Source: an uncultured Actinomycetes bacterium | GTDB lineage: Bacteria; Actinomycetota; Thermoleophilia; UBA2241 | Length of the DNA: 64,000 bases | Assembly: GCA_963767005.1 (NCBI GenBank) | Contig: CAVYCN010000002.1 | Coordinates: 288,001 to 352,000, forward strand | Direction of reading: 5' to 3' | Shown: positions 37,361 through 48,818 of the stretch, one piece after another | Position numbering within the stretch: the first letter of the stretch is position 1 | Layout of the letters: every line of letters starts with the position of its first letter | The notes under the pieces: generated by a model | Told to the model about the DNA's origin: nothing | What the model saw: only the letters and a program-made list of their open reading frames with translations | Databases searched by the model: none | Position numbers and translations under genes: made by a program

Positions 37361-37497
37361 GACCCATCAAGAGAGAGGCCGCCACACGCGTCGTACGCGC
37401 GCGGCGGTCCTGGCTGAGGGACTGGCCCTACGAAGCCCGGCAACCGGTCGCACGGCACGGTGCCAACTCCAGCAGGCGCGAGCCTGACAGATGGGTC
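37361..37497 (+). ncRNA. SAM-I riboswitch with an inserted hairpin
   Basis: P1 GACCCATC/GATGGGTC; ATCAAGAG; GAGGGACTGGCCC; GGCAACC; GGTGCCAACTCC; upstream of metK. Confidence 0.92.
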
Positions 37498-37569
37498 GAC
37501 CGGGTACTTGCCGTCGAAAAGCAGCGACGTTCGCGCACGCCGTGTCGAAGGCGCGGGCCAGGAGGACAC

Positions 37570-38805
37570 GTGGACAAGCACGAGCACCTGTTCAGCTCGG
37601 AGTCGGTGACCGAGGGGCACCCCGACAAGATCGCCGACCAGATCTCCGACGCCATCCTCGACGCGGCGCTCACCGACGATCCCATGAGCCGCGTCGCCTG
37701 CGAGACGCTCACCACGACCGGCCTCGTCATGGTCTCCGGCGAGATCAGCACGCAGACCTACATCGACATCCCGCGCGTGGTGCGCGAAGTGGTGCGCGAC
37801 GTCGGCTACTCGCATTCTTCGTTCGGCTTCGACCACGAGACCTGCTCGGTGATCTCGACGATCCACGAGCAGTCGCCCGACATCGCCCAGGGCGTGGGGA
37901 AGGCCTACGAGGTCCGCACCGACGTCAACGACGACGACGTGCTCGACAGCCAGGGCGCCGGCGACCAGGGCATGATGTTCGGCTTCGCCTGCAACGAGAC
38001 CCCGGAGCTCATGCCACTGCCCATCATGCTGGCCCACAAGCTCACTCGCCGTCTGACCGACGTGCGCAAGGCCGAGGTGCTGCCGTATCTGCGGCCCGAC
38101 GGCAAGTCGCAGGTCACAGTGCGCTACGAGGGCCGTCGCCCGGTCGAGGTCGTGCGCGTCGTGCTCGCCACGCAGCACGCCCCCGAGGCCGACGTCGACA
38201 CGCTCATCAAGCCCGACCTGATCGAGCACGTGGTCGAGCCCATCCTGCCGCACGAGCTCTACCGGCCCGGCAGCCTGGCCGAGATCACGCTGGTCAATCC
38301 GACCGGCCGGTTCGTCGTCGGCGGGCCGATGGGTGACACCGGCCTGACCGGCCGCAAGCTGGTCGTCGACACCTACGGCGGCGCGGCGCGGCACGGCGGC
38401 GGAGCCTTCTCGGGCAAGGACCCGAGCAAGGTCGACCGTTCGGGCGCCTACGCCGCCCGGTACGTCGCCAAGAACATCGTGGCGGCCGGCCTGGCCGACG
38501 TCTGCGAGGTGCAGATCGCCTACGCGATCGGCGTCGCCCACCCGGTGTCGGTCATGGTGGACTGCCACGGCACCGAGAAGGTCGCGGTCGAGACGATCGA
38601 GCAGCTCGTGCGCGAGCAGTTCGATCTGCGCCCGGCGGCGATCATCCGCGACCTCGACCTGCGTCGGCCGATCTACCGCAAGACGTCGAACTACGGCCAT
38701 TTCGGCCGCTCCGACCACGACTTCACCTGGGAGCGCACCGACAAGGCGGCCGAGCTGCGCGCGGCCGCCGGCATCAAGGCCGCGGCCGAGCCGGTCGCCG
38801 ACTGA
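37570..38805 (+). CDS. metK: S-adenosylmethionine synthetase
   Basis: [26 protein letters not shown]. Confidence 0.98.
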   Translation: MDKHEHLFSSESVTEGHPDKIADQISDAILDAALTDDPMSRVACETLTTTGLVMVSGEISTQTYIDIPRVVREVVRDVGYSHSSFGFDHETCSVISTIHEQSPDIAQGVGKAYEVRTDVNDDDVLDSQGAGDQGMMFGFACNETPELMPLPIMLAHKLTRRLTDVRKAEVLPYLRPDGKSQVTVRYEGRRPVEVVRVVLATQHAPEADVDTLIKPDLIEHVVEPILPHELYRPGSLAEITLVNPTGRFVVGGPMGDTGLTGRKLVVDTYGGAARHGGGAFSGKDPSKVDRSGAYAARYVAKNIVAAGLADVCEVQIAYAIGVAHPVSVMVDCHGTEKVAVETIEQLVREQFDLRPAAIIRDLDLRRPIYRKTSNYGHFGRSDHDFTWERTDKAAELRAAAGIKAAAEPVAD

Positions 38806-38833
38806 CGGGCGGGCGCACGGCAAGAGCCACGGC

Positions 38834-38874
38834 GGCGGCCGACGGACGGGGCGGAGCCCCGTCCGTCGGCCGCC
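38834..38874. terminator. 19-bp stem-loop after metK
   Basis: GGCGGCCGACGGACGGGGC-gga-GCCCCGTCCGTCGGCCGCC. Confidence 0.6.
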
Positions 38875-38902
38875 CGCGTTAGACTGAAGGGCGGTCACGC
38901 CC

Positions 38903-41209
38903 GTGTACGCTGCCGTCGTCCCGCTGCTCACCGCCCGGGCTCTCGAGGAGCCGTTCGATTACCTCGTGCCCGACGACCTCGCCGCCCAGGTGCGGCGCGG
39001 CTCCGTCGTGGCCGTTCGTCTGGGCGCTCAGACCGTCCTCGGCATCGTCACCGGTCTCTCTGCGACCTCGTCGCACACCGGACGCCACCTGCCTGTCCTT
39101 TCCGTCGTCGATGTGCCGGCCGTGCCCGACGACCTGCTCGATCTCGCGCTGCGCGTGCGCGAGCACTACCTCTCGGCGGCCGGTACGGCGCTCGCGCTCG
39201 TGTTGCCGCCGGCCGGCGCCCTGCGCCTGCGGCGCGTGCTCGAGCCGAGCGCCGCCGGGCGCGCCGCGCTCGCCGCCGGCGAACGCGGCGCCGCGGCGCT
39301 CGCACGCTATGCGGGGGGCGCCACGCCCGACGCCGCCGCCGCGACCCTGCGCCGGCGGGGCTGGCTCACGGTCGTCTACCGTCTGCACGTGGTGGGCGCA
39401 CCGCCGGCGCCGCGCCGCCTCGTCGCCGGCGACGGTCTGCCGGCCCGGCTGGGCGCGCGGCAGCGGGCCGCGCTCGACGACGTGCGCCGCCACCCCGGCG
39501 TCGACGACGCAACGTTGCGGCAGCGCAGCGGCCTCTCCGCGGCTGGGCTGCGCCGCCTGCTCGAGTCCGATGCCCTGCGCGTCGCCGGCGACGCCGCGCG
39601 ACCGGCGGCTCGTCTGGAGGCGCCGCCCACGCTGCTGCCCGAGCAAGAGGCCGCGCTCGCCGAGATTCTCGCCGCCGGCGGTCGCGGCGAGGCCGTCCTG
39701 CTTCACGGCGTGACCGGCAGCGGCAAGACCGAGGTCTACCTGCGCGCCGCCGAGGCCGTCCTGTGCTCGGGCCACGGCGTGCTCCTGCTGGTGCCCGAGA
39801 TCGGCCTGACCGGGCAGACGATCGCCCGTCTCACGGCGCGCTTCCCCGGCGAGCGGCTCGCGGTGTTCCACTCCGGCCTGTCGGCCGGCGAACGGCTCGC
39901 CGCCTGGCGCGACGCCGCCGAGGGGCGCGCCCGTCTCGTGCTCGGCGCCCGCTCGGCGGTCTTCGCCCCGATCCGCGACCTCGGCCTGATCGTGGTCGAC
40001 GAGGAGCACGACGCCTCGTACAAGCAGGACAACGATCCGCGCTACGATGCCCGCACCGTCGCCCGCTGGCGGGCGGCTCGTACGGGCGCCGCCCTCGTGT
40101 TCGGCTCCGCGACGCCGAGCCTCGAGGCCTTCGCCCGGACGGTGCGCCACGCCGACCTGCCGCGCCGCGTCGACGGCTCGGCGCCGCCGCGCCTCGAGGT
40201 GGTCGACCTGCGCGACACGCCCGGCCTGCTGTCGCCCCAGCTCTCGCGCGCCATGACCCAGGCGATCGAGGCCGGCGACAAGGTGATCCTGTTCCTGAAC
40301 CGCCGGGGCTACGCCGCCCTGCTCGCCTGCGGCCACTGCGGCCACACGTGGACCTGCCCGCACTGCGACGTCGCGCTCGCGTACTTCGCCCGCGGCGGCG
40401 TGCTGCGCTGCCGCATCTGCGGCCACCGCGAGCCGGTGCCCGGCTCGTGCCCCGCCTGCCACAGCATGGAGCTCGCCCGCTACGGCTACGGTACCGAGGC
40501 GCTCGAACGCGAGGTCGCGGCTCTGCTGCCCGGCGTCGAGCTGCTGCGCCTCGACTCCGACGTCGCCGCGTCGTTCACCCGTCTGTCCGAGGTCCTCGAG
40601 CGCTTCGCGGCGCCCGGCGGCAAAGTCCTGGTGGGCACGCAGATGATCGCCAAGGGCCATCACTTTCCCGAGGTCACCCTGGTCGGGGTCGTGCAGGCCG
40701 ATCTCACGCTGCGCTTCCCCGATTTCCGCGCCGAGGAGCGCACCTTCGCCATGCTCGTCCAGGTCGGCGGGCGCAGCGGGCGCGGGCCGCGCCCCGGCCG
40801 CGTGCTCGTCCAGACCCTCGACCCCGAGGCCCGACCCATCGCCCTCGCGGTGGCGGGCGAGCATGAGCGCTTCTACGCCGACGAGCTCGCGCGTCGCGAG
40901 GCGCTCGGCTACCCGCCGGCCACCACGCTGCTCGCCGTCGAGGTGTCGTCGCCCGCGGCCGACAAGGCGAGCGCCGGGGCCGACTTCGTCGCCCGGCGCC
41001 TGAGCGTGGCGCTGACCGGCGGCGAGAGCGTGGTCGGTCCCGGCCCGCTCTCGCGCGAGCGCGCCCGCTACGTCGCCCGGGTGATCGTCAAGAGCCCGGC
41101 GCTCGACGCCACCCTGCCGGTCGCGCGCGACCTGCTCGACCGCTACGCCGCGCGCTTTGCGCGCCGTGGCGCGCGCCTCGTGGTCGACGTCGAGCCGCAA
41201 TGGCTGTGA
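38903..41209 (+). CDS. priA: Primosomal protein N'
   Basis: GVTGSGKTEVY, DEEH, four CxxC pairs, GTQMIAKG, QVGGRSGR. Confidence 0.95.
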   Translation: MYAAVVPLLTARALEEPFDYLVPDDLAAQVRRGSVVAVRLGAQTVLGIVTGLSATSSHTGRHLPVLSVVDVPAVPDDLLDLALRVREHYLSAAGTALALVLPPAGALRLRRVLEPSAAGRAALAAGERGAAALARYAGGATPDAAAATLRRRGWLTVVYRLHVVGAPPAPRRLVAGDGLPARLGARQRAALDDVRRHPGVDDATLRQRSGLSAAGLRRLLESDALRVAGDAARPAARLEAPPTLLPEQEAALAEILAAGGRGEAVLLHGVTGSGKTEVYLRAAEAVLCSGHGVLLLVPEIGLTGQTIARLTARFPGERLAVFHSGLSAGERLAAWRDAAEGRARLVLGARSAVFAPIRDLGLIVVDEEHDASYKQDNDPRYDARTVARWRAARTGAALVFGSATPSLEAFARTVRHADLPRRVDGSAPPRLEVVDLRDTPGLLSPQLSRAMTQAIEAGDKVILFLNRRGYAALLACGHCGHTWTCPHCDVALAYFARGGVLRCRICGHREPVPGSCPACHSMELARYGYGTEALEREVAALLPGVELLRLDSDVAASFTRLSEVLERFAAPGGKVLVGTQMIAKGHHFPEVTLVGVVQADLTLRFPDFRAEERTFAMLVQVGGRSGRGPRPGRVLVQTLDPEARPIALAVAGEHERFYADELARREALGYPPATTLLAVEVSSPAADKASAGADFVARRLSVALTGGESVVGPGPLSRERARYVARVIVKSPALDATLPVARDLLDRYAARFARRGARLVVDVEPQWL

Positions 41210-41228
41210 GCCGGGGTAGAATGACCTC

Positions 41229-41822
41229 ATGAGTCAGGAACGTACAGAAGGGCGCCGCGGCGAGCGCCGCGAGCGCCCCGAGATCCCGCTCGAGCGGCAG
41301 GCGGCGGCGCGCCGCCAGATCCGCACGCTCGGCGATCCTGTGCTGCGCGAGGCGGCCCGGCCGGTCGAGAGCTTCGATGCCGACCTCGCCGCGCTGGCGC
41401 GCCGCATGATCGCCGTCATGCGCGACGCGCCGGGCGTCGGGCTCGCCGCGACCCAGCTCGGCGTCGTGCAGCGCGTCCTGGTGTACGAGGTCGACGACGA
41501 CCACCCGGTCACGCTCGTCAACCCTACGATCGTCTGGTCGTCGCCCGACACCGAGGTCGCCGACGAGGGTTGCCTGAGCGTGCCCGGCGTCACCGTGCCC
41601 GTCGAGCGCTCCGTATCGGTGCACGTGCGGGCCCGCGACGTGCGCGGCCGGCGCCTCGACTTCGACGCCGACGACATCGAGGCGCGCGTCATCCAGCACG
41701 AGTCCGACCACCTGGACGGCGTGCTGATCCTCGAGCGCACGACCCGTGCCGAGCGCGCCCGTGCGTTGCGCGAGCTGCGCGAGCGCGACACCCAGGTCGT
41801 CGGCTCGCGCGCCGGGCTGTAG
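41229..41822 (+). CDS. def: Peptide deformylase
   Basis: GVGLAATQ, EGCLS, QHESDHL. Confidence 0.96.
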   Translation: MSQERTEGRRGERRERPEIPLERQAAARRQIRTLGDPVLREAARPVESFDADLAALARRMIAVMRDAPGVGLAATQLGVVQRVLVYEVDDDHPVTLVNPTIVWSSPDTEVADEGCLSVPGVTVPVERSVSVHVRARDVRGRRLDFDADDIEARVIQHESDHLDGVLILERTTRAERARALRELRERDTQVVGSRAGL

Positions 41823-41828
41823 GCGGCC

Positions 41829-42725
41829 GTGCGGATCGCCTGGGCCGGCACGGCGCACTTCTCGGTCCTCGTCCTCTCACGGCTCGCCGCGTCGTCCCAC
41901 ACGGTCGCCGTCTGTCTGACCACGCCCGACCGGCCGCGCGGGCGCCACGGCGCGCCGCAGCCGTCGCCGGTCAAGGAGTACGCGGCCGTCGCCGGCCTGC
42001 CCGTGCTGCAGCCCGACGACCTGCAGGCGCCCGCGGTCCTCGACGAGCTGCGCGCGTTCTCGCCCGAGGCCCTCGTAGCCTGCGCCTACGGCCGCATCGT
42101 GCCGCCCGCGCTGTTCGCGGCGCTGCCGGCATTCGTCGTGCATCCATCACTCGTGCCCCATCTGCGCGGCGCGGCGCCGGTCGTGCGTGCCCTCATGGCC
42201 GGCGAGACCGAGCTCGGCGTCACGATCCTGGCCATGAGCGCAGGGGTCGACGAAGGGCCGGTGGCGGCGCGCCGGGCCGTCACCGTGCCGCGCGACCGCG
42301 ACGCCGCCGAGGCCTACGAGCTGCTCGCCGCGCCGTCGGCCGAGGCGCTGGTCGCGACGCTCGACGAGCTGGCCGCGGGCACGCTCGTTTGCGCGCCGCA
42401 GACCGGCTCCGTCGACTACGCCGAGAAAGTGACCGAAGACGATCGCGTGATCGATTGGCGGCGGCCGGCCGCCGCCGTCGCCGACCAGGTCCGCGCGCTG
42501 GCGCCCGACGTCGGCGCCGTTGCGGAGCTCGGCGGCAGGCGGGTGCTGGTGTGGCGGGCGCGGCCCCTGCCGGCGCTGCCGACCGACGGCGAGGCGCGCG
42601 ATCGCCTGATCGTGCCCTGCGCCGACGGCGTGCTCGAGATCGTCGAGCTGCAGGAGGCCGGCAGGCGCCGCATGACGGCGGCCGAGTACCTGCGCGGCGC
42701 CGGCCGGCGCCTGGTGCAGGGCTAG
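41829..42725 (+). CDS. fmt: Methionyl-tRNA formyltransferase
   Basis: PDRP.GR, AYG, HPSL.P..RGAAP, D.GP; between def and rsmB. Confidence 0.93.
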   Translation: MRIAWAGTAHFSVLVLSRLAASSHTVAVCLTTPDRPRGRHGAPQPSPVKEYAAVAGLPVLQPDDLQAPAVLDELRAFSPEALVACAYGRIVPPALFAALPAFVVHPSLVPHLRGAAPVVRALMAGETELGVTILAMSAGVDEGPVAARRAVTVPRDRDAAEAYELLAAPSAEALVATLDELAAGTLVCAPQTGSVDYAEKVTEDDRVIDWRRPAAAVADQVRALAPDVGAVAELGGRRVLVWRARPLPALPTDGEARDRLIVPCADGVLEIVELQEAGRRRMTAAEYLRGAGRRLVQG

Positions 42726-42727
42726 GC

Positions 42728-44152
42728 GTGGCCGGCGCCGCCGCCGTCGCTCCGGCGCGTGCCGCCGCCTTCGAGCTGCTCACGCGCGAGGCCGCGGCGA
42801 CCGGAGCCTTCGACCTGAACGCGGCGGCCAACGACGCCCTCGCGGGCCTCGACCGACGCGACAGAGCCCTCGCCTACGAGCTTGCGATCGGCACGATCAA
42901 GCGGCGCCACGCGCTCGACAGGGTGATCGCCGCCTGCGCCGAGGTGGCGTCGGGCCACACCCGCCCCGCGGTGCGCGAGGCCCTGCGCCTGGGGGCGTTC
43001 CAGCTGCTCTATCTCGACCGCGTGCCGGGCCACGCCGCGGTGTCCGAGTCGGTCGAGCTCGCCAAGCGCAGCGGCCGCCGCGACGGCGCCTTCGCGAACG
43101 CCGTGCTGCGGCGCGTGGCGGCGGGCGGAGCCGACGCCCTCGCGCGGCTCGCAGAGGGAGAGTCGGCCGAGGCCGCCGCCGTGCGTCACTCGCACCCCGC
43201 CTGGCTCGTGTCGCTCTGGCGGCGCGAGCTCGGTCCCGAGGCGACCGAGGCGCTGCTCGCCAGCGACAACCTGCCGGCCGAGCGCTGCGTGCGCGTCAAC
43301 CTGCTGCGGGCGACATCGGCGCAGGCGATCGCCGCTCTGGCCGCCGACGGGATCGTCGCCCGCCCTGCCGCGACGGCCGCCGAGGGCCGGGGCGAGCACG
43401 ACTGGCCCGACGCGCTGCTGCTCGACGGCGCGCCGCTCGAGGGCGCCGCCGCCCTGCGCGACGGCCTCGTCACGCCCCAGTCGCGGGCCTCGCAACTGGC
43501 GGCCGCGGTCGCGACCGAGAGCCTCGAGCCGGCGGCGGCGGGCTCGTTCGCCGACCTCTGTGCCGCGCCCGGCATCAAGACGTCGCAGATCGCGGCCGCG
43601 TTGCCGGGCTGGCGCGTCGACGCTGTCGACGACGACCCGCGACGCGCGGTCGCCCTGCGCGCGAACCTGTCCCGCCTGGGCGCCGGCTCGATCGCGGTGG
43701 TCGAGCGCGACGTGCTCGAGCTGGGCGACGACCCCGCAGCGCGAGACCGGTATGGCGGCGTGCTGCTCGACGCGCCCTGCAGCGGTCTCGGCACACTCGC
43801 CGCGCGGCCCGACCTGCGCTGGCGGCGGCGGCCGGCCGACGTCGAGCGGCTGGCGGCCCTGCAGGGCCGGCTCGTCGTGGCGGCGGCGACCCTCGTCGCG
43901 CCGGGCGGCACGCTCACCTACTCGGTCTGCACGCTCACGCGGGCCGAGACGCTCGACGTGGTCGAGCGGTTCCTGGCCGGGGAGCCGGGCAACGCGCAGC
44001 GGCCGGCGCGGGGGGGCGCCTGGAGCCTCGACGACCTGGGTGCGGCGCGGCCGGCGCTGCGCCACCCCGGCAACGGCGCCTTCGTGCAGACGCTGCCGCC
44101 GCGCGACGGCACGAGCGGTTTCTTCGTCGCGCGGCTGCGGCGGGTGGAATAG
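42728..44152 (+). CDS. rsmB: 16S rRNA m5C methyltransferase RsmB/Sun
   Basis: NusB-like N-terminus, DLCAAPG.KT, DAPCSGLG, YSVCT. Confidence 0.9.
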   Translation: MAGAAAVAPARAAAFELLTREAAATGAFDLNAAANDALAGLDRRDRALAYELAIGTIKRRHALDRVIAACAEVASGHTRPAVREALRLGAFQLLYLDRVPGHAAVSESVELAKRSGRRDGAFANAVLRRVAAGGADALARLAEGESAEAAAVRHSHPAWLVSLWRRELGPEATEALLASDNLPAERCVRVNLLRATSAQAIAALAADGIVARPAATAAEGRGEHDWPDALLLDGAPLEGAAALRDGLVTPQSRASQLAAAVATESLEPAAAGSFADLCAAPGIKTSQIAAALPGWRVDAVDDDPRRAVALRANLSRLGAGSIAVVERDVLELGDDPAARDRYGGVLLDAPCSGLGTLAARPDLRWRRRPADVERLAALQGRLVVAAATLVAPGGTLTYSVCTLTRAETLDVVERFLAGEPGNAQRPARGGAWSLDDLGAARPALRHPGNGAFVQTLPPRDGTSGFFVARLRRVE

Positions 44153-44192
44153 CATGGTGCCCGCGACCGCCAGCGACGACCGGAGTGAGAGC

Positions 44193-44870
44193 ATGACCGA
44201 GCTACTGCACGAGCGCCTCGTCACGCCGTCCATCCTGTCGGCCGACTTCGGCCGCCTGGCGGCCGACATCGCGACCGTCGTCGGCGCCGGGGCGCGGCTC
44301 ATCCACGTCGACGTGATGGACGGCCATTTCGTACCCAACATCACGATCGGTGCGCCCGTCGTGAAGGCCATTGCGCCGCCCGTGCACGATGGCGGAGGCG
44401 CCCTCGACGTGCACCTCATGATCGAGCATCCGGAGCGCTACATCGCCGACTTCGCGGCCGCCGGGGCCGACGCCATTACCGTGCACCAGGAGGCCTGCAT
44501 CCACCTGAACCGTACGCTCGTCCAGGTGCGCGAGGCCGGCGCCGCCGCCGGCGTCGCCCTCAACCCGGCGACGCCGCTCGAGACCCTGGCCGAGGTACGC
44601 GACCTCGTCGACCTCGTGCTGATCATGTCGGTGAACCCCGGCTTCGGCGGCCAGCGCTTCATCGAGGGCGCGCGCGACAAGCTGCGCCGGGCGCGCTCGT
44701 TCCTGCCCGCGCACGTCGCCATCGAGGTCGACGGCGGCGTCTCGCTCGACAACGCCGCCGAGCTCGTGCGCTGCGGCGCGAACCTGCTCGTCGCCGGCAA
44801 CAGCGTCTACGGCGCGCCCGACCCGGCCGCCGCCTTCCGCGAGCTCTCGGCCGCCGTCACCGGCGCGTAG
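44193..44870 (+). CDS. rpe: Ribulose-phosphate 3-epimerase
   Basis: PSILSADF, HVDVMDGHFVPN, DVHLM, MSVNPGFGGQ, VDGG. Confidence 0.96.
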   Translation: MTELLHERLVTPSILSADFGRLAADIATVVGAGARLIHVDVMDGHFVPNITIGAPVVKAIAPPVHDGGGALDVHLMIEHPERYIADFAAAGADAITVHQEACIHLNRTLVQVREAGAAAGVALNPATPLETLAEVRDLVDLVLIMSVNPGFGGQRFIEGARDKLRRARSFLPAHVAIEVDGGVSLDNAAELVRCGANLLVAGNSVYGAPDPAAAFRELSAAVTGA

Positions 44871-44985
44871 GCGAGCGGCGCTTGTGTCCGGGCCGCTCTC
44901 GGCGGCGCGGGCGCAAGCGCCGCGCCCAGGCCGTGCCACGGCCGCGAGCCGGCACGATTCCTGCTATACTTGCCGGCGACGAGTA

Positions 44986-45102
44986 CGTCTTCGGGGCGGG
45001 GTGAAAGTCCCCACCGGCGGTGAAAGCCCGCGAACCCCGCAGCAGCGGGGCCGACCAGGTGAGATCCCTGGGCCGACGGTACAGTCCGGATGAGAGAAGA
45101 CG
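44986..45102 (+). ncRNA. FMN riboswitch (RFN element)
   Basis: TCGGGGCGGGGTGAAAGTCCCCACCGGCGGT...AGCCCGCGA...GCCGACGGTACAGTCCGGATGAGAGAAG; hairpin plus TTTT at 45117-45148; upstream of rib operon. Confidence 0.96.
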
Positions 45103-45151
45103 GCGCGGTGTCGCCGAAGCCTCGGAGCGTCCATGTGCCGAGGCTTTTGTC

Positions 45152-46306
45152 ATGACGGACGAGCGACATTTGCAGCGCGCCCTCGAACTGGCCCGCCGGG
45201 GCCTGCGTGAGGCCCACCCCAACCCGCGGGTCGGAGCGGTCGTCGTCGCCGGAGAGCGCGTGGTGGGGGAGGGGTACCACCGCGGGCCCGGCACGCCGCA
45301 CGCCGAGGCCGTGGCGCTCGATGTCGCCGCGGCGCAGGCGCGCGGCGCGACCCTCTACGTGACCCTCGAGCCCTGCTGTCACACCGGCCGCACCGGGCCC
45401 TGTACCGAGCGCATCATCGCCGCCGGGGTCGCCCGGGTCGTGGTCGGCGCCGTCGATCCCAACCCGGCGGTCGACGGGCGCGGCCTGGCGGCGCTCCGCG
45501 CGGCCGGTCTCGAGGTGGCCGTCGTCGACGGCGACCTGCGGGCGCGCTGCGAGGCGCTGAACGAGCCCTTCGCCCGCTTCATCCGCACCGCGCTGCCGCT
45601 CGTGACCTACAAGGCGGCCGTGTCGCTCGACGGCAAGGTGGCCGCCGCCGACGGCGACGCTCGCTGGATCTCGTCGCCCGAGAGCCGCCGCCGGGTGCAC
45701 GCCATGCGCGCCGCCGCCGACGCCGTCCTGATCGGCGCCGGGACGCTGCGCCGCGACGACCCGCGGCTCACCGTACGAGACGCCGAGGGGCGCGACCCCG
45801 TGCGGGTCGTGGTCAGCCGGACGGGGCGCGTGCCGGTCGACGCGACCGTCTTCGCGACCGCCCACGACGCGCCGACCATCCTGCTCAGCGAGTCCGTCGA
45901 GCCCGGCGTGGCGGCCGCGCTGGCGCGCCACGGTGTCGAGGTGGTGCGCGTCGCCGGCCTGCGTGCGGGCCTCATCGAGCTCGCCCGCCGCGGTCTGACC
46001 GATATCCTCTGCGAGGGCGGGCCGACCCTGGCCGGCGGGCTGCTGGCCGAGGGTCTGGTCGATCGCGTCGCCGTGTTCGTCGCGCCGCTCGTGCTCGGGC
46101 GCGGCGCGCCCGACTTGGTCGCCCTGCCGGCCGCCGCGGGGGTGGGCGCCGGCCTGGCGTTGCGCGACGCGGTCTGGACGACGTCGGGGCCGGACGTGCT
46201 GTGCGAGGCGCGCGTCGCGCGTGTCGCCGACGCCGTGCCACACGTGGCTTCGAGCGGTCCCGGCGCCGCAGAGGCGTCACCGGCCGGAGGCGACGGGGAG
46301 GACTGA
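45152..46306 (+). CDS. ribD: Riboflavin deaminase/reductase
   Basis: PNPRVG, HAE, TLEPC, SLDGK, EGG. Confidence 0.95.
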   Translation: MTDERHLQRALELARRGLREAHPNPRVGAVVVAGERVVGEGYHRGPGTPHAEAVALDVAAAQARGATLYVTLEPCCHTGRTGPCTERIIAAGVARVVVGAVDPNPAVDGRGLAALRAAGLEVAVVDGDLRARCEALNEPFARFIRTALPLVTYKAAVSLDGKVAAADGDARWISSPESRRRVHAMRAAADAVLIGAGTLRRDDPRLTVRDAEGRDPVRVVVSRTGRVPVDATVFATAHDAPTILLSESVEPGVAAALARHGVEVVRVAGLRAGLIELARRGLTDILCEGGPTLAGGLLAEGLVDRVAVFVAPLVLGRGAPDLVALPAAAGVGAGLALRDAVWTTSGPDVLCEARVARVADAVPHVASSGPGAAEASPAGGDGED

Positions 46307-46947
46307 TGTTCACGGGGATCATCGAGGAGGTCGGCACGCTGCGTCGCCTGGTCGAGAGCGAGCGTGGCGCCGTGCTCGAGATCGAGGCGCGCGACGTGCT
46401 GCAGGGCACGCGGGTGGGCGATTCGATCGCGACGAGCGGCGCCTGCCTGACCGTCACGCGCCTCGCCGCCGACCGCTTCTGGGCCGACGCCATGCCCGAG
46501 ACCGTGCGTCGCACGACACTCGGGCGTAAACGACCCGGCGACGGTCTCAACCTCGAGCGCGCGCTGACCCTGCAGTCGCGGCTCGGCGGCCATCTGGTGC
46601 AGGGCCACGTCGACGGCGTCGGCGCGGTGGCGCGCATCGGGCGGGAGCGGGGCGCCGAGCTGCTCACGCTGTCGGCGCCGCCGGCCGTGGTCGAGTTCAG
46701 CGTGCCGCAGGGCTCGGTCGCCGTCGACGGCGTGAGCCTCACCATCGTCGACATCGAGCGCGCCGCGCTGCGCGTGTCGCTCATCCCTCACACCGTCGCG
46801 GCCACCACGCTGCGCGACCTGCGGGTCGGCGCCGAGGTCAACCTCGAGGCCGATCTCATCGGCAAGTACGTCCGTGCCTACCTGATCCGGTCCGGGGCGT
46901 CCCCGGGCCTCACTTTCGAGAAGCTGTCCGAAGCGGGGTTCCTATGA
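46306..46947 (+). CDS. ribE: Riboflavin synthase (alpha chain)
   Basis: [30 protein letters not shown]. Confidence 0.95.
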   Translation: MFTGIIEEVGTLRRLVESERGAVLEIEARDVLQGTRVGDSIATSGACLTVTRLAADRFWADAMPETVRRTTLGRKRPGDGLNLERALTLQSRLGGHLVQGHVDGVGAVARIGRERGAELLTLSAPPAVVEFSVPQGSVAVDGVSLTIVDIERAALRVSLIPHTVAATTLRDLRVGAEVNLEADLIGKYVRAYLIRSGASPGLTFEKLSEAGFL

Positions 46948-48269
46948 GCACGAGTGACACGTCCATCAGCCGGCGAGCGGAGGAGACGATTGCCGGTGCC
47001 GACGGGCACGGGCGCGACGAGCAGGGCGAGGGCTCGCCGTTCGCGACGATCGACGAGGCGCTCGCCGACATCAGGGCGGGCCGCATGGTCGTGGTCTGCG
47101 ACGACGAGGACCGCGAGAACGAGGGCGACCTCACCATGGCGGCCCAGTTCGTGACGCCGGAGTCCGTGAACTTCATGGCGACCCACGGCCGCGGCCTCAT
47201 CTGTCTCGCGCTGTCCCCGAAGCGCTGCCAGGAGCTCGGCCTCGGGCCGATGGTCGCGCGCAACTCGGCGCGCTTCCAGACCGCCTTCACGCAGTCGATC
47301 GAGGCGCGCGAGGGCGTGACCACGGGGATCTCGGCGGCGGACCGCGCCCACACCATCCAGGTGGCCGTCGATCCCGACTGCGACGAACACGACATCGTGC
47401 AGCCGGGCCACGTGTTCCCGCTGATCGCCCAGCCGGGCGGTGTGCTCGAGCGCGCCGGACAGACCGAGGCCGCCGTCGACCTGGCCCGCCTCGCCGGCCT
47501 GCAGCCAGCCGGCGTGATCTGCGAGGTCATGAACGACGACGGCACCATGGCGCGCGTGCCCGACCTCGTCGACTACTGCCGGCGCCACGGCCTGAAGATG
47601 ATCACCGTGGCCGCGCTCATCCGGCATCGGCGCCGGACCGAGAAGCTCGTGCGTCGCGTGGCCGTGGCGCAGATGCCCACCCGGTACGGCGAGTTCCGGG
47701 CGATCGGCTACGAGTCGCTGCTCGACGGCTCGCAGCACGTCGCCCTGGTCAAGGGCAACGTCGCCGGCCAGCGCGACGTGCTCGTGCGAGTGCACTCTGA
47801 GTGCCTGACCGGCGACGTCTTCGGGTCTTTGCGCTGCGACTGCGGTGAGCAGCTCGCCCTCGCCCTGCGGCGCGTCGAAGAGGAGGGCCTGGGCGTCGTG
47901 CTCTACATGCGCCAGGAGGGGCGCGGCATCGGCCTCTTGAACAAGCTGCGCGCCTACGCGTTGCAGGAGCAGGGACGCGACACGGTCGAGGCGAACCTCG
48001 AGCTGGGCTTTCCCGCCGACCTGCGCGACTACGGCATCGGCGCCCAGATCCTGGTCGACCTCGGCCTGTCGAGCATCCGCACCATGACCAACAACCCCAA
48101 GAAGCTGATCGCCCTCGAGGGGTACGGCCTCACGATCAGCGAGCGGGTGCCGATCGAGGTCGCCCCGCACGAGCACAGCGTCACCTACCTGCGCACCAAG
48201 CGCGACAAGATGGGCCATCTGCTGGAGCACGAGGAGCTCCTGCTGCCGGTCGAGGGCGACGAAGGATAG
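46944..48269 (+). CDS. ribBA: DHBP synthase / GTP cyclohydrolase II
   Basis: [30 protein letters not shown]. Confidence 0.96.
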   Translation: MSTSDTSISRRAEETIAGADGHGRDEQGEGSPFATIDEALADIRAGRMVVVCDDEDRENEGDLTMAAQFVTPESVNFMATHGRGLICLALSPKRCQELGLGPMVARNSARFQTAFTQSIEAREGVTTGISAADRAHTIQVAVDPDCDEHDIVQPGHVFPLIAQPGGVLERAGQTEAAVDLARLAGLQPAGVICEVMNDDGTMARVPDLVDYCRRHGLKMITVAALIRHRRRTEKLVRRVAVAQMPTRYGEFRAIGYESLLDGSQHVALVKGNVAGQRDVLVRVHSECLTGDVFGSLRCDCGEQLALALRRVEEEGLGVVLYMRQEGRGIGLLNKLRAYALQEQGRDTVEANLELGFPADLRDYGIGAQILVDLGLSSIRTMTNNPKKLIALEGYGLTISERVPIEVAPHEHSVTYLRTKRDKMGHLLEHEELLLPVEGDEG

Positions 48270-48318
48270 CCAGCGGGCCGTCCGCGAGAGGCGAAAGCCG
48301 AAAGGAGCTACGACGACC

Positions 48319-48792
48319 ATGGGGACGACGTACGAAGGGAAACTGACGGGCAAGGGGCTGCGCTTCGCGCTCGTCGTCGGCCGGTTCAACGAGTTCATCT
48401 CGACGCGTCTGCTCGAAGGGGCGCTCGACAACCTGCGCCGCCACGAGACCGCCGACGACGACGTCGACGTCGCCTGGGTGCCGGGCGCCTTCGAGATCCC
48501 GCTCGTCGCCCGGCGTCTCGCGGCGAGTGGCCGCTACGACGCGGTCGTGTGCCTGGGGGCCGTGATCCGCGGTGGCACGCCGCACTTCGACTACGTCGCC
48601 GCCGAGACGACCAAGGGCATCGCCAAGGCGGGCCTCGACACGGGCGTGCCGGTCGTCTTCGGGGTGCTCACCACCGACAGCGTCGAGCAGGCGGTCGAGC
48701 GGGCCGGCACGAAGGCCGGCAACAAGGGCTGGGCGGCCGCGACGACGGCCCTGGAGATGGCGAACCTGCTCCGGGAGCTGCCCTCGGCATAG
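48319..48792 (+). CDS. ribH: Lumazine synthase
   Basis: [28 protein letters not shown]. Confidence 0.97.
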   Translation: MGTTYEGKLTGKGLRFALVVGRFNEFISTRLLEGALDNLRRHETADDDVDVAWVPGAFEIPLVARRLAASGRYDAVVCLGAVIRGGTPHFDYVAAETTKGIAKAGLDTGVPVVFGVLTTDSVEQAVERAGTKAGNKGWAAATTALEMANLLRELPSA

Positions 48793-48818
48793 GGGGCAGC
48801 GCCGCGGGGGGTGACGCG

